A stretch of 64,000 nucleotides of DNA from a candidate division FCPU426 bacterium (GTDB lineage: Bacteria; Oederibacteriota; Muellerivitia; Muellerivitales; Muellerivitaceae). Where the stretch lies: the NCBI GenBank assembly GCA_963738405.1, contig CAVTWJ010000021.1, positions 41,298 through 105,297 on the forward strand. Reading direction: 5' to 3'. Positions 28,939 through 39,060 of the stretch are shown here, piece after piece; the stretch's first letter is position 1; each line of letters opens with the position of its first letter. The notes under the pieces are model-generated. The model worked only from the letters and a program-made list of their open reading frames with translations. It did no database searches and was not told the origin of the DNA. Both the position numbers and the translations under genes were made by a program.

Positions 28939-29624
28939 TTTTGATTTCTCCTTTTAGTTTTTTTACCGACGACTCCTCGGACTTGAACCCCTTTGGGTGG
29001 CTGTACAACCCCATGGTTCACCCAAAGGCTGAAAGAATAGGTTTTTTCCTCGCCCTTTTTCCATTTCCAAGTCCTATCCGATGGTTCCTTGCCCGTGACA
29101 AAAGCCTGAAGAAAAGGCGTCCATTGGCGGTTATCCTGAAGCACCATGAGCAGGCCGGGCGCCCTTAACTTGATTCGGAGTTCTTGGCGGCTGGGACCCA
29201 GGGATAAAACTTTTGATTTCCCTTCTGAAATCTTGGGATCAGCCCTCCTTTCAGCCCTGATGATCCCCTTTTGTTGACCCAACCGAAATTCGCCGCCGGT
29301 CCAATCCCCGTAAGGCAGGCTCAAAACAATCCGGACATGGATCACCTCTACGGGAGATAAGGGGCAAAGTTTAAACTTAAAGTTACAAGTTTCCCCCGAA
29401 AGGGTGATTTGGGTTTTGAGACCCACGGACCCTTTTTTTCCGGCGGGAATCAGCCCGTCCACCGAAGCGCTTTGTAACGCCTCATCCACCACGTTTTTTC
29501 TCCAACCCTCGGAAAAGACTTCCGGGGTGATCTTGCCGACGCTTTTATTTCCATCGGTGAGGGTGACCGAGCCCTTATGGGTGGTTATCCGTAAGGGAGA
29601 AAGCCTTTCGTTTTTCGAAACCAT
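28935..29624 (-). CDS. Hypothetical beta-rich protein
   Basis: 229-aa ORF, AAGGAG RBS, ATGA-coupled to the SDR; overlaps the GH9 3' end by about 50 nt. Confidence 0.6.
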   Translation of the reverse strand: MVSKNERLSPLRITTHKGSVTLTDGNKSVGKITPEVFSEGWRKNVVDEALQSASVDGLIPAGKKGSVGLKTQITLSGETCNFKFKLCPLSPVEVIHVRIVLSLPYGDWTGGEFRLGQQKGIIRAERRADPKISEGKSKVLSLGPSRQELRIKLRAPGLLMVLQDNRQWTPFLQAFVTGKEPSDRTWKWKKGEEKTYSFSLWVNHGVVQPPKGVQVRGVVGKKTKRRNQK

Positions 29625-31428
29625 CGAATGACTCCTTTATCAAACTTAAGTCCGATTTATCTTTTGGGCCTGGATCCGGGAGCGTGTTGGCCAAAATGAA
29701 CACCAGGGGCGCGTTCCAGTTGATGGCTACTTCGTTCGAGGCATAGGCCCCTTGGGTATCGGTGTAACACCTGGCGGGCGGAAGTCCTGTCGGGGTGATA
29801 TGGTCCTGTCCCCCGACATTGGGGCCTCCCGACAGCATCCCGGGCCAGGCAAGAAGGATACCATCCGCCGCGCTGGGACGGTGATGGGGGTGCATCACAA
29901 AGGAGGTTCCCAAGCCGGTCACGTAGGATATCTTGTTCGCGTTGCGGCCCAGCAGGTAATGGATATCGTCCAGTACAGCCTGGACATAGTCCGCATCCGG
30001 AGTCATGGCGTTGGCCATGAGGAGCAGGATTCCGTAATTGGCCACCCCGCCGTTGGAACCCCAGATATAGTCTTTCGCCCTCAAGCTGACCCGGTAGCCG
30101 TCAGCTTTTTGCCGGGCCACCACTTTGTCCGCCGCGGCAAGGGTATCGGCTTTGATGATGGCAAGCGCCTTCGCGTCGGCCGTGGATCTTTTTGAAAAAT
30201 AATAAGTCCACATGGCCAAATCGTGGGGGTCCGCCCAGTCCTGGGGGTAGGCATCCCCCGATACCGTGGGGTTCCATTCCTTATAACTTGCATTGAAAAA
30301 ATCGCTGTAAACTTCGTCACCTGTTGTGCGGTATAGCTCGGCGGCCGCCCAGAGCCGTTGGTTATCCTTTTTAAAATTCTCCCGGAAGCCATGGTCGGAA
30401 TATTCACCCGTGGAAATTCCCGCCGGATTGCGGTCGAACCCGGCAAGGGGGTTCGTTTGAGCCCAGCCCCAGGCACGGACAGCGGCCTCCAGGCAAGCCC
30501 GGGAAAAGGCGGCATCATAGGGTTGGTATAGGCGGGTGGCGATGGCCATGACCGCCGCGAAATCCGCCGTGGCCGCGGTGGTCTTATAGGGGGAGGACCC
30601 GCTTCCAATGATCAGGCGGGGCCCCGCCGAATCCACCTCCGGCATCTCGAATCGGTCGAATTTGGCGGTGGTGAGCTTGGGCCAAACTCCGCCGTCGCTG
30701 TCCTGCATGGCGAGCATCCATTCCAGGTTCCAGCGGCATTCGTTGAGAATGTCGGGCGTCGAATTTCCCGACTCCGGAAGATGAAGGTTTAGCTTCCCGA
30801 TCCGGTTTGAATACCACTCATAGGTCCAGAGAAGCTCGGCGGTAGAAATGCCCGAATTGACCACGTATTTCCCGTAATCTCCCGCGTCATGCCAACCTTT
30901 GGCTGCGTTTTTAAAACCCGTCTTCCCGGAAGAGGGGTCAAAGGTGCCGTCAGCCAAGTGGCAGGGGCCGTGGCTCCAGGTGGTGGCGCCCTTCGTCAAG
31001 GTCACCCCCATCCCGCACCTCTGACCATAAAAAAACTTTATGACATCGTAGAAAGCGCCGGCGTATACGTTGGGTCCTATCGCGAAGGGGTAGCTTTGCC
31101 CGAGCCCCACCGCGCTCACGAGGTAGGTTCCCGGCGCCGTGACCGCCGAAAAATCAGCTGTTCGAATCGTTATCCCCGAATTGGCATCGGCGGAGGAAGG
31201 CCCTAAGGATCCGGAAAAAACGGTGACGCCTCCCGGGAAGGTCAGGACCGTGAAGGGTCCCGCCGCCGAGGCGTTCGTCACCATGGCGAGCTTGGTTTCG
31301 GTGGTCAGATATCCGGTTTGATCCACCTGGATATCAGCCGTAGTTGCCGCGCCAAGGGGAGCGATCGCGGCCACAAGGAAATAAATAACACGAAGGTGGG
31401 CGGGGAAGGTTTGAAATACTTTTATCAA
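29575..31428 (-). CDS. Secreted glycoside hydrolase family 9 (endoglucanase) with N-terminal Ig-like domain
   Basis: GWHDAGDYGKY, YLLGRN, HPHHR, NEVAINWNA; signal-peptide-like N-terminus; TTG start uncertain. Confidence 0.93.
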   Translation of the reverse strand: MIKVFQTFPAHLRVIYFLVAAIAPLGAATTADIQVDQTGYLTTETKLAMVTNASAAGPFTVLTFPGGVTVFSGSLGPSSADANSGITIRTADFSAVTAPGTYLVSAVGLGQSYPFAIGPNVYAGAFYDVIKFFYGQRCGMGVTLTKGATTWSHGPCHLADGTFDPSSGKTGFKNAAKGWHDAGDYGKYVVNSGISTAELLWTYEWYSNRIGKLNLHLPESGNSTPDILNECRWNLEWMLAMQDSDGGVWPKLTTAKFDRFEMPEVDSAGPRLIIGSGSSPYKTTAATADFAAVMAIATRLYQPYDAAFSRACLEAAVRAWGWAQTNPLAGFDRNPAGISTGEYSDHGFRENFKKDNQRLWAAAELYRTTGDEVYSDFFNASYKEWNPTVSGDAYPQDWADPHDLAMWTYYFSKRSTADAKALAIIKADTLAAADKVVARQKADGYRVSLRAKDYIWGSNGGVANYGILLLMANAMTPDADYVQAVLDDIHYLLGRNANKISYVTGLGTSFVMHPHHRPSAADGILLAWPGMLSGGPNVGGQDHITPTGLPPARCYTDTQGAYASNEVAINWNAPLVFILANTLPDPGPKDKSDLSLIKESFDGFEKRKAFSLTDNHP

Positions 31429-31523
31429 AACAATCTTCCAAAAACTTCCGGAACACTGGAGAAGGACCCGGGCGTGAGAAACATGAGAACCGCCACAAAT
31501 ACGAGCCGATATTTCATTTTCAT
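31425..31523 (-). CDS. 32-aa upstream ORF (MKMKYRLVFVAVLMFLTPGSFSSVPEVFGRLF)
   Basis: GAGGAG RBS directly upstream; its TGA overlaps the GH9 TTG start (TTGA). Confidence 0.4.
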   Translation of the reverse strand: MKMKYRLVFVAVLMFLTPGSFSSVPEVFGRLF

Positions 31524-31715
31524 TCTCCTCAATGGGATTCGGCCAGGCTCACCGATGATACCCGATTTATTTTCGAACAAGGCGGTAAGGGTTCCCGTGA
31601 AAGCGGTGCCATTAAAATTTTTTCGGAAAGGGTGTTGTTTTTGGAACGTTGGAAGAATCGGAGGCCTGAATAGTTAAAATAAAACGCGGATCAAAATCAC
31701 ATGGAAGTTCCCAGA

Positions 31716-33899
31716 TTAACGCCAGGGGTACTTGGATTCCGATTCCTTGGCCTTGAGGGCCGCTTCTTCCGCATCCTTTTTGTCCCCACCCAACCAATAG
31801 AGCGAAGCCAGTTCCCCGTAGAGGTGGGAAGCCGGATATCCGTATTTCACGGCATTTTCCAAGGCGGCCAGGTGTTCGGGAAAATGGCCGCCAAAATAAT
31901 AGTAAGTGGCTGCCACCTTTTCCCAGTACATGGAAGCGATCAAGGGATCATCCTTCACCCAATCCCCTCCCCTTTGAACATCTTGGGTGTATCGGTCCAT
32001 AAGACCCTGGTCATGAATGTGATCCAAATCCCAATTAAGCAGGGTAAAGCCGGGGTCCGCCTTCGCCCAATGACCGAGCTGAGCCCAGTTGGAATCGTTG
32101 ATCTTGAGGATTCCCAAGAGGCGGGGATTTTCCGGATAAACTTCCGCGTCCAACACCCTCCAATCCGCATCCGGGAACCGCGCCTTCAAGAAGGGAAGGT
32201 AGTGGGCGTCCGTCACCAAGGCCAGCCAAGAGGGGAGGGCGGAGGAGGGATCCCCTTTCAAGATATTGAGATAATAGGTCATGACTTCCAGGCTGCGGTC
32301 CGCCGGGACATCCCACTCGCCTAAAATAATGCCGGGCCCATATTGATTTTTCCACGTCTTCAAAATTTGATAGGTCTGGAACCGGGCGGGAGATTTGCCG
32401 AATGTCTGAAGAAGCGCCGGATTTTGGGCCGCCGCTAAACAGGGTCCCCAAAGACGGTCCGCGTCAAAAAACGCCGTGAATAACAAAATCCCGACCAGAA
32501 TCCATCCCTTGCGGGATCCTATCCGCTCAAGGAAGCTTTGTATTCCCACAGCCGTCACCAAAAGCAAGGGAACCAATACCTGTACGATTCTCATTCCCTC
32601 CATGTTGACGGTTAAAAAACCAGGAAAAAGGAACAAGAGGAAAGACAAGGCCAAAGCCCGGGTGAAGGGCATGGAGGTTCGTCCGAAAAAACGAATCAAA
32701 CCCAGCGCAAAGAAAGCGGCTAAAAGAGGGTTTAAAAAACCGCCTTCGACCGGGGTTAATAAATGATTTCCATCCGTCGTTCCCCAAAACAGCACGCTGA
32801 CATAGCTGAATACGACGGATGATTGCGCCAAGAAATTAAAGGGCCGGCTCCAGGCCGCCACGTCTAATATATGCCGGCCGAAACCCATCCGATAACTTTC
32901 CATAGCCCAAGGACCCATGATCAAGCCTAATCCGAATATAAAAAGATATAAATGAAGGGCTTTCCCTTTTCGGAGGGTTAATGTTTCCCAAACCACAACG
33001 ATTCCTGTCCATAGAACGACCATCGGCCAGGCGGTGAAGGTAAAACAGTTAAGGCCCGTGACAGTCCCCAACAATAACGACCAAGCCGCTTTTTCCGGAT
33101 TTACCGCTTTGAGGTATTTCCCTAAAACATAAAAACCAGCGAGGTTGAACAGGGGGACGACAATCCCCTCCTCGCAAACCCTTCCCAAAAGCAAAGGCCA
33201 ATAACTCAAACCCCAAAGTCCCGCCACAAGAAAAGAAAGGGATTTTGAAAAATATTGGCGCGCGGTTCCATAGGCCAATAAGACGGTTAGGATGGAAATA
33301 ATCGCCGGAGGAACCCAAAGGTTGAAACTAACCGAATGCGAGAGGGTAAAAAACAAGCCGTAGATCCAAAACAGGGTGGGCGGACCTTGGCCCGCCGTGT
33401 TGAAAAATCTCCAATCGTCTCGATCGGCGATGGCTAACCCCGCCTCAGCGTGCAGGGCTTCATCCCCTGTCGGCCATAGTTCCAGGGTCGTAACCCGCCA
33501 AAACCTTAAAACCACAGCGGCCCCGCCCAGCAAAACCCACACCCAACCCGGAATCGTTCCCAAGAACTCCCTCAAATAAAAAGGCTTTTCGCTGGTTTTA
33601 GAGGCTGTATCCCGGCGGAAGAATAAAACCATCGGCAACAGAACCCCAAGGAGGCCTATCAGGAATTTGGAGGCCAAGGGAAGGCTTAAATAGGATAAGA
33701 GTGTATTTGAAAGGATTAGCACTATTAAAACACCCCAATCCGATATCCGGGTGTCCTGGGTGAGGTGTTGGATTTGAGAACGAATTGATTTCAAATGGGT
33801 TTCCTGATGGGCGCCGCGTCCCTTGAACCCTATCAGTTTAATTGATTCCTTGGACGTTACAATTATGAACCGCCCGTCGCCCTGTTTGCTTTGTTTCAT
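31716..33899 (-). CDS. GT-C membrane glycosyltransferase (ArnT/PMT, GT39/GT83-like)
   Basis: LRFW...GDEA luminal DE motif, GPPTLFW, many TMs, soluble helical C-terminus; start uncertain. Confidence 0.8.
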   Translation of the reverse strand: MKQSKQGDGRFIIVTSKESIKLIGFKGRGAHQETHLKSIRSQIQHLTQDTRISDWGVLIVLILSNTLLSYLSLPLASKFLIGLLGVLLPMVLFFRRDTASKTSEKPFYLREFLGTIPGWVWVLLGGAAVVLRFWRVTTLELWPTGDEALHAEAGLAIADRDDWRFFNTAGQGPPTLFWIYGLFFTLSHSVSFNLWVPPAIISILTVLLAYGTARQYFSKSLSFLVAGLWGLSYWPLLLGRVCEEGIVVPLFNLAGFYVLGKYLKAVNPEKAAWSLLLGTVTGLNCFTFTAWPMVVLWTGIVVVWETLTLRKGKALHLYLFIFGLGLIMGPWAMESYRMGFGRHILDVAAWSRPFNFLAQSSVVFSYVSVLFWGTTDGNHLLTPVEGGFLNPLLAAFFALGLIRFFGRTSMPFTRALALSFLLFLFPGFLTVNMEGMRIVQVLVPLLLVTAVGIQSFLERIGSRKGWILVGILLFTAFFDADRLWGPCLAAAQNPALLQTFGKSPARFQTYQILKTWKNQYGPGIILGEWDVPADRSLEVMTYYLNILKGDPSSALPSWLALVTDAHYLPFLKARFPDADWRVLDAEVYPENPRLLGILKINDSNWAQLGHWAKADPGFTLLNWDLDHIHDQGLMDRYTQDVQRGGDWVKDDPLIASMYWEKVAATYYYFGGHFPEHLAALENAVKYGYPASHLYGELASLYWLGGDKKDAEEAALKAKESESKYPWR

Positions 33900-33955
33900 G
33901 TTTAAATGGGTTCCCGAGCCTTTGAATCTCTGGACCGAAAAGAGATATCCCCGCG

Positions 33956-35248
33956 ATGCCTAAAAGATCAAACCCTTCCCATTCCAAAACCCCATCCTTG
34001 CCGGCCCCTCTTCCCTCCATCGACCAGGTTCCTGTCCATGGCTGGCGCAAAACCTTCGCGGCTTTCAAAAACCCCAATTACCGCCTTTTTTTCATGGGTC
34101 AAACCCTATCCCTCATCGGCACTTGGGCCCGCAGCGCAGCCTGGGGGTGGCTGGCCTATCAATGGACCCATTCAAAGCTTCTTCTGGGACTCACCTTCAT
34201 GTTCAACGCCTTGCCCCTGTTTCTGTTTTCCACTTACGCGGGTTCGCTGGCGGATCGGATACCCAAACTGGCCATTTTCAAGGTGACCAGTTGGACCGCC
34301 ATGACAGCCTCCCTGGTTTTCTCCATTCTCTTGTTCCAAGGGGAAAGGGATATCCACACCTTGATGGGATTTGTATCCCTCTGGGGTCTTTGCATGGCCT
34401 TTGAGATGCCGGCTCGGCAAAGCTTGATGGTGGAATTGGTGGGAAAGGAGCATCTGGTCAACGCCATCGCCTTGAACAGCGCCATGGTGAATGCTACGCG
34501 AGTCATCGGCCCTGCGATCGGCGGGATTTTACTGAGCAACTACGGTCCCCAATGGTGCTTCCTTTTGGATGCTTTGAGTTTTACGGCCGTTCTCGCAGGC
34601 CTTTACCTTATGCGCATTGATAAAACCACCCATGTCAAGGAAGCCAAGACGGACTGGAAATATTATTCGGAAGGGTTCCGATACGTGAAAAACCACCCGA
34701 CCCTGGCCCGCACCATGGGACTGATGCTTTTATTAAGTATCGGCGGATGGGCCTATCTTTCGCAGTTTCCCGCTTTCGTACAGGACCGCCTGGGACTCCA
34801 AGCCGACGGCTATGGCTGGCTTTTGGCCATGAACGGCCTGGGGGCCTGCACCGCGGCGCTCTTGGTGGCAAGCCAAGGCCGACAACTGATCAAGGAACGA
34901 ACCCTCTTTTTCGGAATTGCCGTTTATAGCCTCTTTATCTTTTTATTCGGATTTCAGCACAATCCAGTGGGGGCGGCCTTCTTGGTTTTTTTCGCAGGGT
35001 TCGGCATTGTGCTTTTCTTTTCCACCGGCAACAGCGTGATCCAGACCTATTCCCCCGATCCCTTGAGGGGCCGCATCATGGGCATCTGGGCCCTTGTTTT
35101 TGGCGGAGGAATGCCCATCGGCAGTTTTTGGATGGGTTATCTGGCCTCCAGAACCGATTCGGGAGTGGCCCTGCAGGCGGGAGGGGTTTTTTGCGCCGTG
35201 GGGGCGTTTCTTATTTATTTCTTCGGCCTGAAAAAACGGCGATCCTAA
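33956..35248 (+). CDS. MFS transporter (MFS_3/DUF894-like)
   Basis: FKNPNYRLFFMGQ, GSLADRIPK, AFEMPARQS, LRGRIMG; 12 TMs. Confidence 0.92.
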   Translation: MPKRSNPSHSKTPSLPAPLPSIDQVPVHGWRKTFAAFKNPNYRLFFMGQTLSLIGTWARSAAWGWLAYQWTHSKLLLGLTFMFNALPLFLFSTYAGSLADRIPKLAIFKVTSWTAMTASLVFSILLFQGERDIHTLMGFVSLWGLCMAFEMPARQSLMVELVGKEHLVNAIALNSAMVNATRVIGPAIGGILLSNYGPQWCFLLDALSFTAVLAGLYLMRIDKTTHVKEAKTDWKYYSEGFRYVKNHPTLARTMGLMLLLSIGGWAYLSQFPAFVQDRLGLQADGYGWLLAMNGLGACTAALLVASQGRQLIKERTLFFGIAVYSLFIFLFGFQHNPVGAAFLVFFAGFGIVLFFSTGNSVIQTYSPDPLRGRIMGIWALVFGGGMPIGSFWMGYLASRTDSGVALQAGGVFCAVGAFLIYFFGLKKRRS

Positions 35249-35337
35249 AAAAGGTTTTTTCTCCTTCCGTTGACGCCTCCAAAGCCCATGGTTTAAGTTA
35301 GGTTCCGCATTTCATCGCTCAAAGGGAGAGTAATAAT

Positions 35338-37188
35338 TTGAACGTTTTGCCTTTGATGCTGGCCGCACTTTTGGTGATGGCCATCGCCTACCGCTATTAC
35401 AGCGCCTTCCTGGCCGCCAAGGTCGTCGCCTTGGACGACCGCAGGGTGACCCCGGCCCACACCTTGAACGATGGAACCAATTACAAACCCATCCCCAAGT
35501 ACGTTCTCTTCGGGCAGCATTTCGCCAATATCGCGGGCTCCGGACCCTTGATCGGTCCGGTTTTAGCTGCCCAATTCGGTTTTCTTCCCGGGTTTCTTTG
35601 GCTGCTTATCGGGGTTTGTCTGGCCGGGGCCGTGCACGATTTCATGATTTTATCCGCCTCCATCCGTCGCAACGGCAAGTCGCTGGCTGAAATCGCCCGG
35701 CACGAGATTACGCCCCTGGCAGGCGCGGTGGCCTCCTTGGCCATTCTGATTATTGTGGTGGTGGCTTTGGCGGGATTGGGCTTGGCGGTCGTCAACGCGC
35801 TAAAGGGCAGCCCCTGGGGCGTGTTTTCCATCGGCGCCACCATCCTGACCGCCGTCATCGTGGGTTTCTGGATGTTCAAGTTTCATGTGGGCAAAATCGC
35901 CGGGATCAGCGTTTTCGGCGTGGGGGTGGTGGTTTCGGCGGTAATTTTCGGAAACACCATCGCCCATTCGGGATTGGCGCCCCTTTTCACCTGGACACCC
36001 AACGGGGTGATCCTCGCCTTGGGCCTTTATGGTTTTATGGCCTCGGTCCTGCCGGTCTGGATGCTCATGACCCCGATGGGATACCTGAGCTCTTACATGA
36101 AAATTGGGACCATTACAGCCCTAGTGGTGGGCATCATTCTGGTTCACCCTGATCTGAAAATGCCCGCCCTGACCCCTTTCGTGAATGGCGGCGGCCCCAT
36201 CATTCCCGGCAAACTTTTTCCCTTTGTTTTTGTCACGATCGCCTGCGGGGCCATCTCGGGTTTTCACGCCCTCGTATCCTCGGGCACAACCCCCAAGATG
36301 CTCGACAAGGAATCGGACGCACGAACGATTGGCTACGGGGCTATGCTGGTGGAAGGCTTAGTGGGTGTGGTGGCGCTTTTGGCCACCTGTTCCCTCTTTC
36401 CAGCCGATTACTTCGCCATCAATCTTTCCCCCGATAAATTCGCCGCGCTTGGGATGAATCCCGTTCACCTGCAGGAACTTTGTCAGGCCGTGGGCGAGAA
36501 TGTGGCGGGACGGCCCGGCGGGGCGGTTTCGTTAGCGGTGGGCTTCGCCCAGGTCTTTTCCGGGCTTCCAGGTTTGGAAAGCCTCATGAATTATTTCTAC
36601 CATTTCATGATCATGTTTGAGGCCTTGTTTATCCTGACCACCATTGACGCGGGCACCCGGATCGGCCGGTTTCTTTTACAGGAATTTGGCGGACGCCTTT
36701 GGAAACCCTTGGAAAATCCCAACTGGCTACCGGGAACGGTTCTTTGTACCGCCCTGGTAGTGGGTTTTTGGGTTTATTTGATCTTGGCGGGAAGCGTCTC
36801 TACCATCTGGCCCATGTTCGGGACCGCCAACCAGCTCTTGGCCAGCGTGGCCCTGGCGGTGGCCACCAGCGCCATCATCAACTCGGGAAGGGCCAGGTAC
36901 GCTTGGGTGACCTTGGTCCCCATGTTGTTTGTGGCCTCCACAACCCTGACCGCGGCCTGGATGAATATTTTCAACAACTTCCTGCCCTTGGCGGCCGCCC
37001 ACCCTGAAAAGGCCTTCTCAGCCTATCTCAACGTGACCCTTACGGTCGTGATCATGACCTGCGCGCTAATTGTGCTTTGGGAATCATTCCGGCGCTGGTA
37101 CCAAATTCTCGTGTTAAAGAAAAACCCGAAAGCGTTAAAGGCGTCGAGTTCGAAAGGGATTGAGATGCCGGATTATGGCTGCTGTTAG
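35338..37188 (+). CDS. cstA: Carbon starvation protein A (peptide/pyruvate transporter family)
   Basis: TPAHTLNDG, IAGSGPLIGP, IACGAISGFH, IWPMFGTANQLLA. Confidence 0.95.
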   Translation: MNVLPLMLAALLVMAIAYRYYSAFLAAKVVALDDRRVTPAHTLNDGTNYKPIPKYVLFGQHFANIAGSGPLIGPVLAAQFGFLPGFLWLLIGVCLAGAVHDFMILSASIRRNGKSLAEIARHEITPLAGAVASLAILIIVVVALAGLGLAVVNALKGSPWGVFSIGATILTAVIVGFWMFKFHVGKIAGISVFGVGVVVSAVIFGNTIAHSGLAPLFTWTPNGVILALGLYGFMASVLPVWMLMTPMGYLSSYMKIGTITALVVGIILVHPDLKMPALTPFVNGGGPIIPGKLFPFVFVTIACGAISGFHALVSSGTTPKMLDKESDARTIGYGAMLVEGLVGVVALLATCSLFPADYFAINLSPDKFAALGMNPVHLQELCQAVGENVAGRPGGAVSLAVGFAQVFSGLPGLESLMNYFYHFMIMFEALFILTTIDAGTRIGRFLLQEFGGRLWKPLENPNWLPGTVLCTALVVGFWVYLILAGSVSTIWPMFGTANQLLASVALAVATSAIINSGRARYAWVTLVPMLFVASTTLTAAWMNIFNNFLPLAAAHPEKAFSAYLNVTLTVVIMTCALIVLWESFRRWYQILVLKKNPKALKASSSKGIEMPDYGCC

Positions 37189-37224
37189 AAATATTTCGAC
37201 CGCTTCCCGCCCTTCAAAGTCGAT

Positions 37225-37761
37225 TTAAATAAGTCCCAACACAAAAAAGACCACCCCCACCATGCCGCAGCCGATACTGACGAACCAGAACATCTTCTTT
37301 CGGGCCAAGGCGGCGATGGCCCCAGTGGCGATCGCCACCTGGAAAAAGGTCACCGAATGGGCCAGGATTTCGTGATGTTTTAAATGGGCTTCCGATTCCT
37401 CCTGAAGCTGGATGGCGTCATCCTTTATTTTTTCCTGCTCCTGTTTGTACTGTTCCTCTTTTTGAAGTTCCTCTTCAGAAGGTTTGTGTTTCAAGGCGAT
37501 CAACATTTCGTTTTTCGCAGTAAGAATCGCGGACTTGATGCCCTTGGCTTGGTAGTAGGCCCATTGATCCGAGGCCTTGAGCTGGTCCAACATGGCTTCG
37601 TTGGCGTGGGAACCGGCTAAGAGGGCCGATACCGCCGCGAAGACTGCGAGGATGGCGGAACTTAAAGCCACGCCCATAATCCAATTTTCTTTTGATTTTT
37701 CCGCGCTTTCTTCCATATCCTCGTGCAAATGTTCGGTGGGGACTTCTATTTCTTCGGGCAT
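37225..37761 (-). CDS. DUF4337 family membrane protein
   Basis: ASDQWAYYQAKGIK motif; TM, coiled-coil, two-TM layout. Confidence 0.85.
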   Translation of the reverse strand: MPEEIEVPTEHLHEDMEESAEKSKENWIMGVALSSAILAVFAAVSALLAGSHANEAMLDQLKASDQWAYYQAKGIKSAILTAKNEMLIALKHKPSEEELQKEEQYKQEQEKIKDDAIQLQEESEAHLKHHEILAHSVTFFQVAIATGAIAALARKKMFWFVSIGCGMVGVVFFVLGLI

Positions 37762-37846
37762 TTGTTTTCCTTAGTTTTTTTGATGGACCATAAATTAAAT
37801 TCGACTCTTGAGACTGTTAAGTCTTGCGGTAAATTCCGAAATAAAT

Positions 37847-37879
37847 AAAAAAGGGGAGGCGGTTTTGCCGCTCCCCTTT
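37847..37879 (-). terminator. Intrinsic terminator after the desaturase
   Basis: AAGGGGAGCGG...CCGCCTCCCCTT stem plus T-run on the minus strand. Confidence 0.85.
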
Positions 37880-37906
37880 AGTAAAGACCGCTTGAAGAAA
37901 TGAAAA

Positions 37907-38857
37907 CTAGGCCGCGACTTCCTTTTTAATCCCCAACCTTCCTTCCGCAATAAGTTCCTTGGGGTGCTTTTGAATATCCCAAACCAACCCGAACATTGAA
38001 AAAGTCTTCAGGACGTAATGGGTAATATCGACTTCCCACCAATAGATTCCCTGGCTTTCAGCGAAGGGGAAACGGTGATGGTTGTTATGCCAGCCTTCCC
38101 CCAAGGTGACCATGGAAAGGACAAAACTGTTCTTACTGTCATCCCCCGTCTCAAAACGCTTCTTGCCGATGAGATGGGAAAGGGAGTTGATGCAGAAAGT
38201 TCCATGGTAAAGCAAAGTCGTGGAGGTGAAAAATCCCCAGGTCAACATTTGCAGGCCGTTCGTATGCAGGCTGGGCGCGGCGTGCTGCAAAAAGGCGCCA
38301 AAAAAGTAGATGCCTCCCGCTAACACGAAAGGCGCCAAACCGTGATACTTGTTAAGCCACACCAGCTCAGGAAACTTGACGAGATCCTTCACGGCCTCCT
38401 CGTTGGTTTTGGCGTACTTGCGGCTTAAAAGCCAGCCCATGTGGGACCACCAGAGGCCCCTCCTGCGGGGCGAATGAACATCCTGGTCCGTATCCGAATA
38501 TTTATGGTGGTGCCGGTGATGGGCCGCCCACCAAAGGGGGCCCTGCTGAGCGCTGGTAGCTCCCCAAAACCCCAGAATAAATTGAAAGATTCGGCTGGTC
38601 TTATAGGACCGGTGTGAAAAATACCGGTGATAGGCGCCCGTGATGGCGAACATGCGGGCGTAATACATGAAAACGCACATTAGGATCGCAGGCCAACTGA
38701 ACCCAGTGAAAATGGCCAAAACGCCAACCACATGAACCAGGAAAAAAGGAATGCTGTCGACCCAATCGATTTTTTCTTCGAAGGTGTATACGTGACGAAT
38801 ACGGCGCCACCCCGTATCGGGCGAATTACCCGTTTTAGTTGTCTCCCCTGCTTGCAT
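37907..38857 (-). CDS. Delta-9 acyl-lipid/acyl-CoA desaturase
   Basis: His boxes HRYFSH, HRHHH and HNNHH; start set at the ATG behind GAGGTG. Confidence 0.93.
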   Translation of the reverse strand: MQAGETTKTGNSPDTGWRRIRHVYTFEEKIDWVDSIPFFLVHVVGVLAIFTGFSWPAILMCVFMYYARMFAITGAYHRYFSHRSYKTSRIFQFILGFWGATSAQQGPLWWAAHHRHHHKYSDTDQDVHSPRRRGLWWSHMGWLLSRKYAKTNEEAVKDLVKFPELVWLNKYHGLAPFVLAGGIYFFGAFLQHAAPSLHTNGLQMLTWGFFTSTTLLYHGTFCINSLSHLIGKKRFETGDDSKNSFVLSMVTLGEGWHNNHHRFPFAESQGIYWWEVDITHYVLKTFSMFGLVWDIQKHPKELIAEGRLGIKKEVAA

Positions 38858-38890
38858 AAGCCTTAACACCTCATGAATTAAATTTTGATT

Positions 38891-39060
38891 TCCCTGCCAA
38901 ATCTGCAGGCTCCAGTCGTATCTGAAAACAATTTTCTTGACCTAATACTTCATCAAATAAAAATGTCCGTTTTTGACCGCTGGAAAGACCGCGATGGCAG
39001 AACTAAAACACTTGGAGGAGTAACGTTTGATTAAACCAAACTCTTCCTAAAGATATTATA
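38891..39060 (-). promoter_or_regulatory. Desaturase promoter (-10 TATAAT) and long structured 5' leader
   Basis: TATAAT at 39060-39055, a short hairpin, then a ~110-nt imperfect inverted repeat at 38891-39003. Confidence 0.5.

Noticed and set aside
37180..37230. Selenocysteine or read-through at the CstA C-terminus
   Set aside because: The stop is TAG, not TGA, and no SECIS-like hairpin is evident.
38891..39050. 6S RNA interpretation of the long hairpin
   Set aside because: No closing stem pairing the 5' and 3' ends around a central bubble and no terminator; it runs directly into the desaturase RBS.
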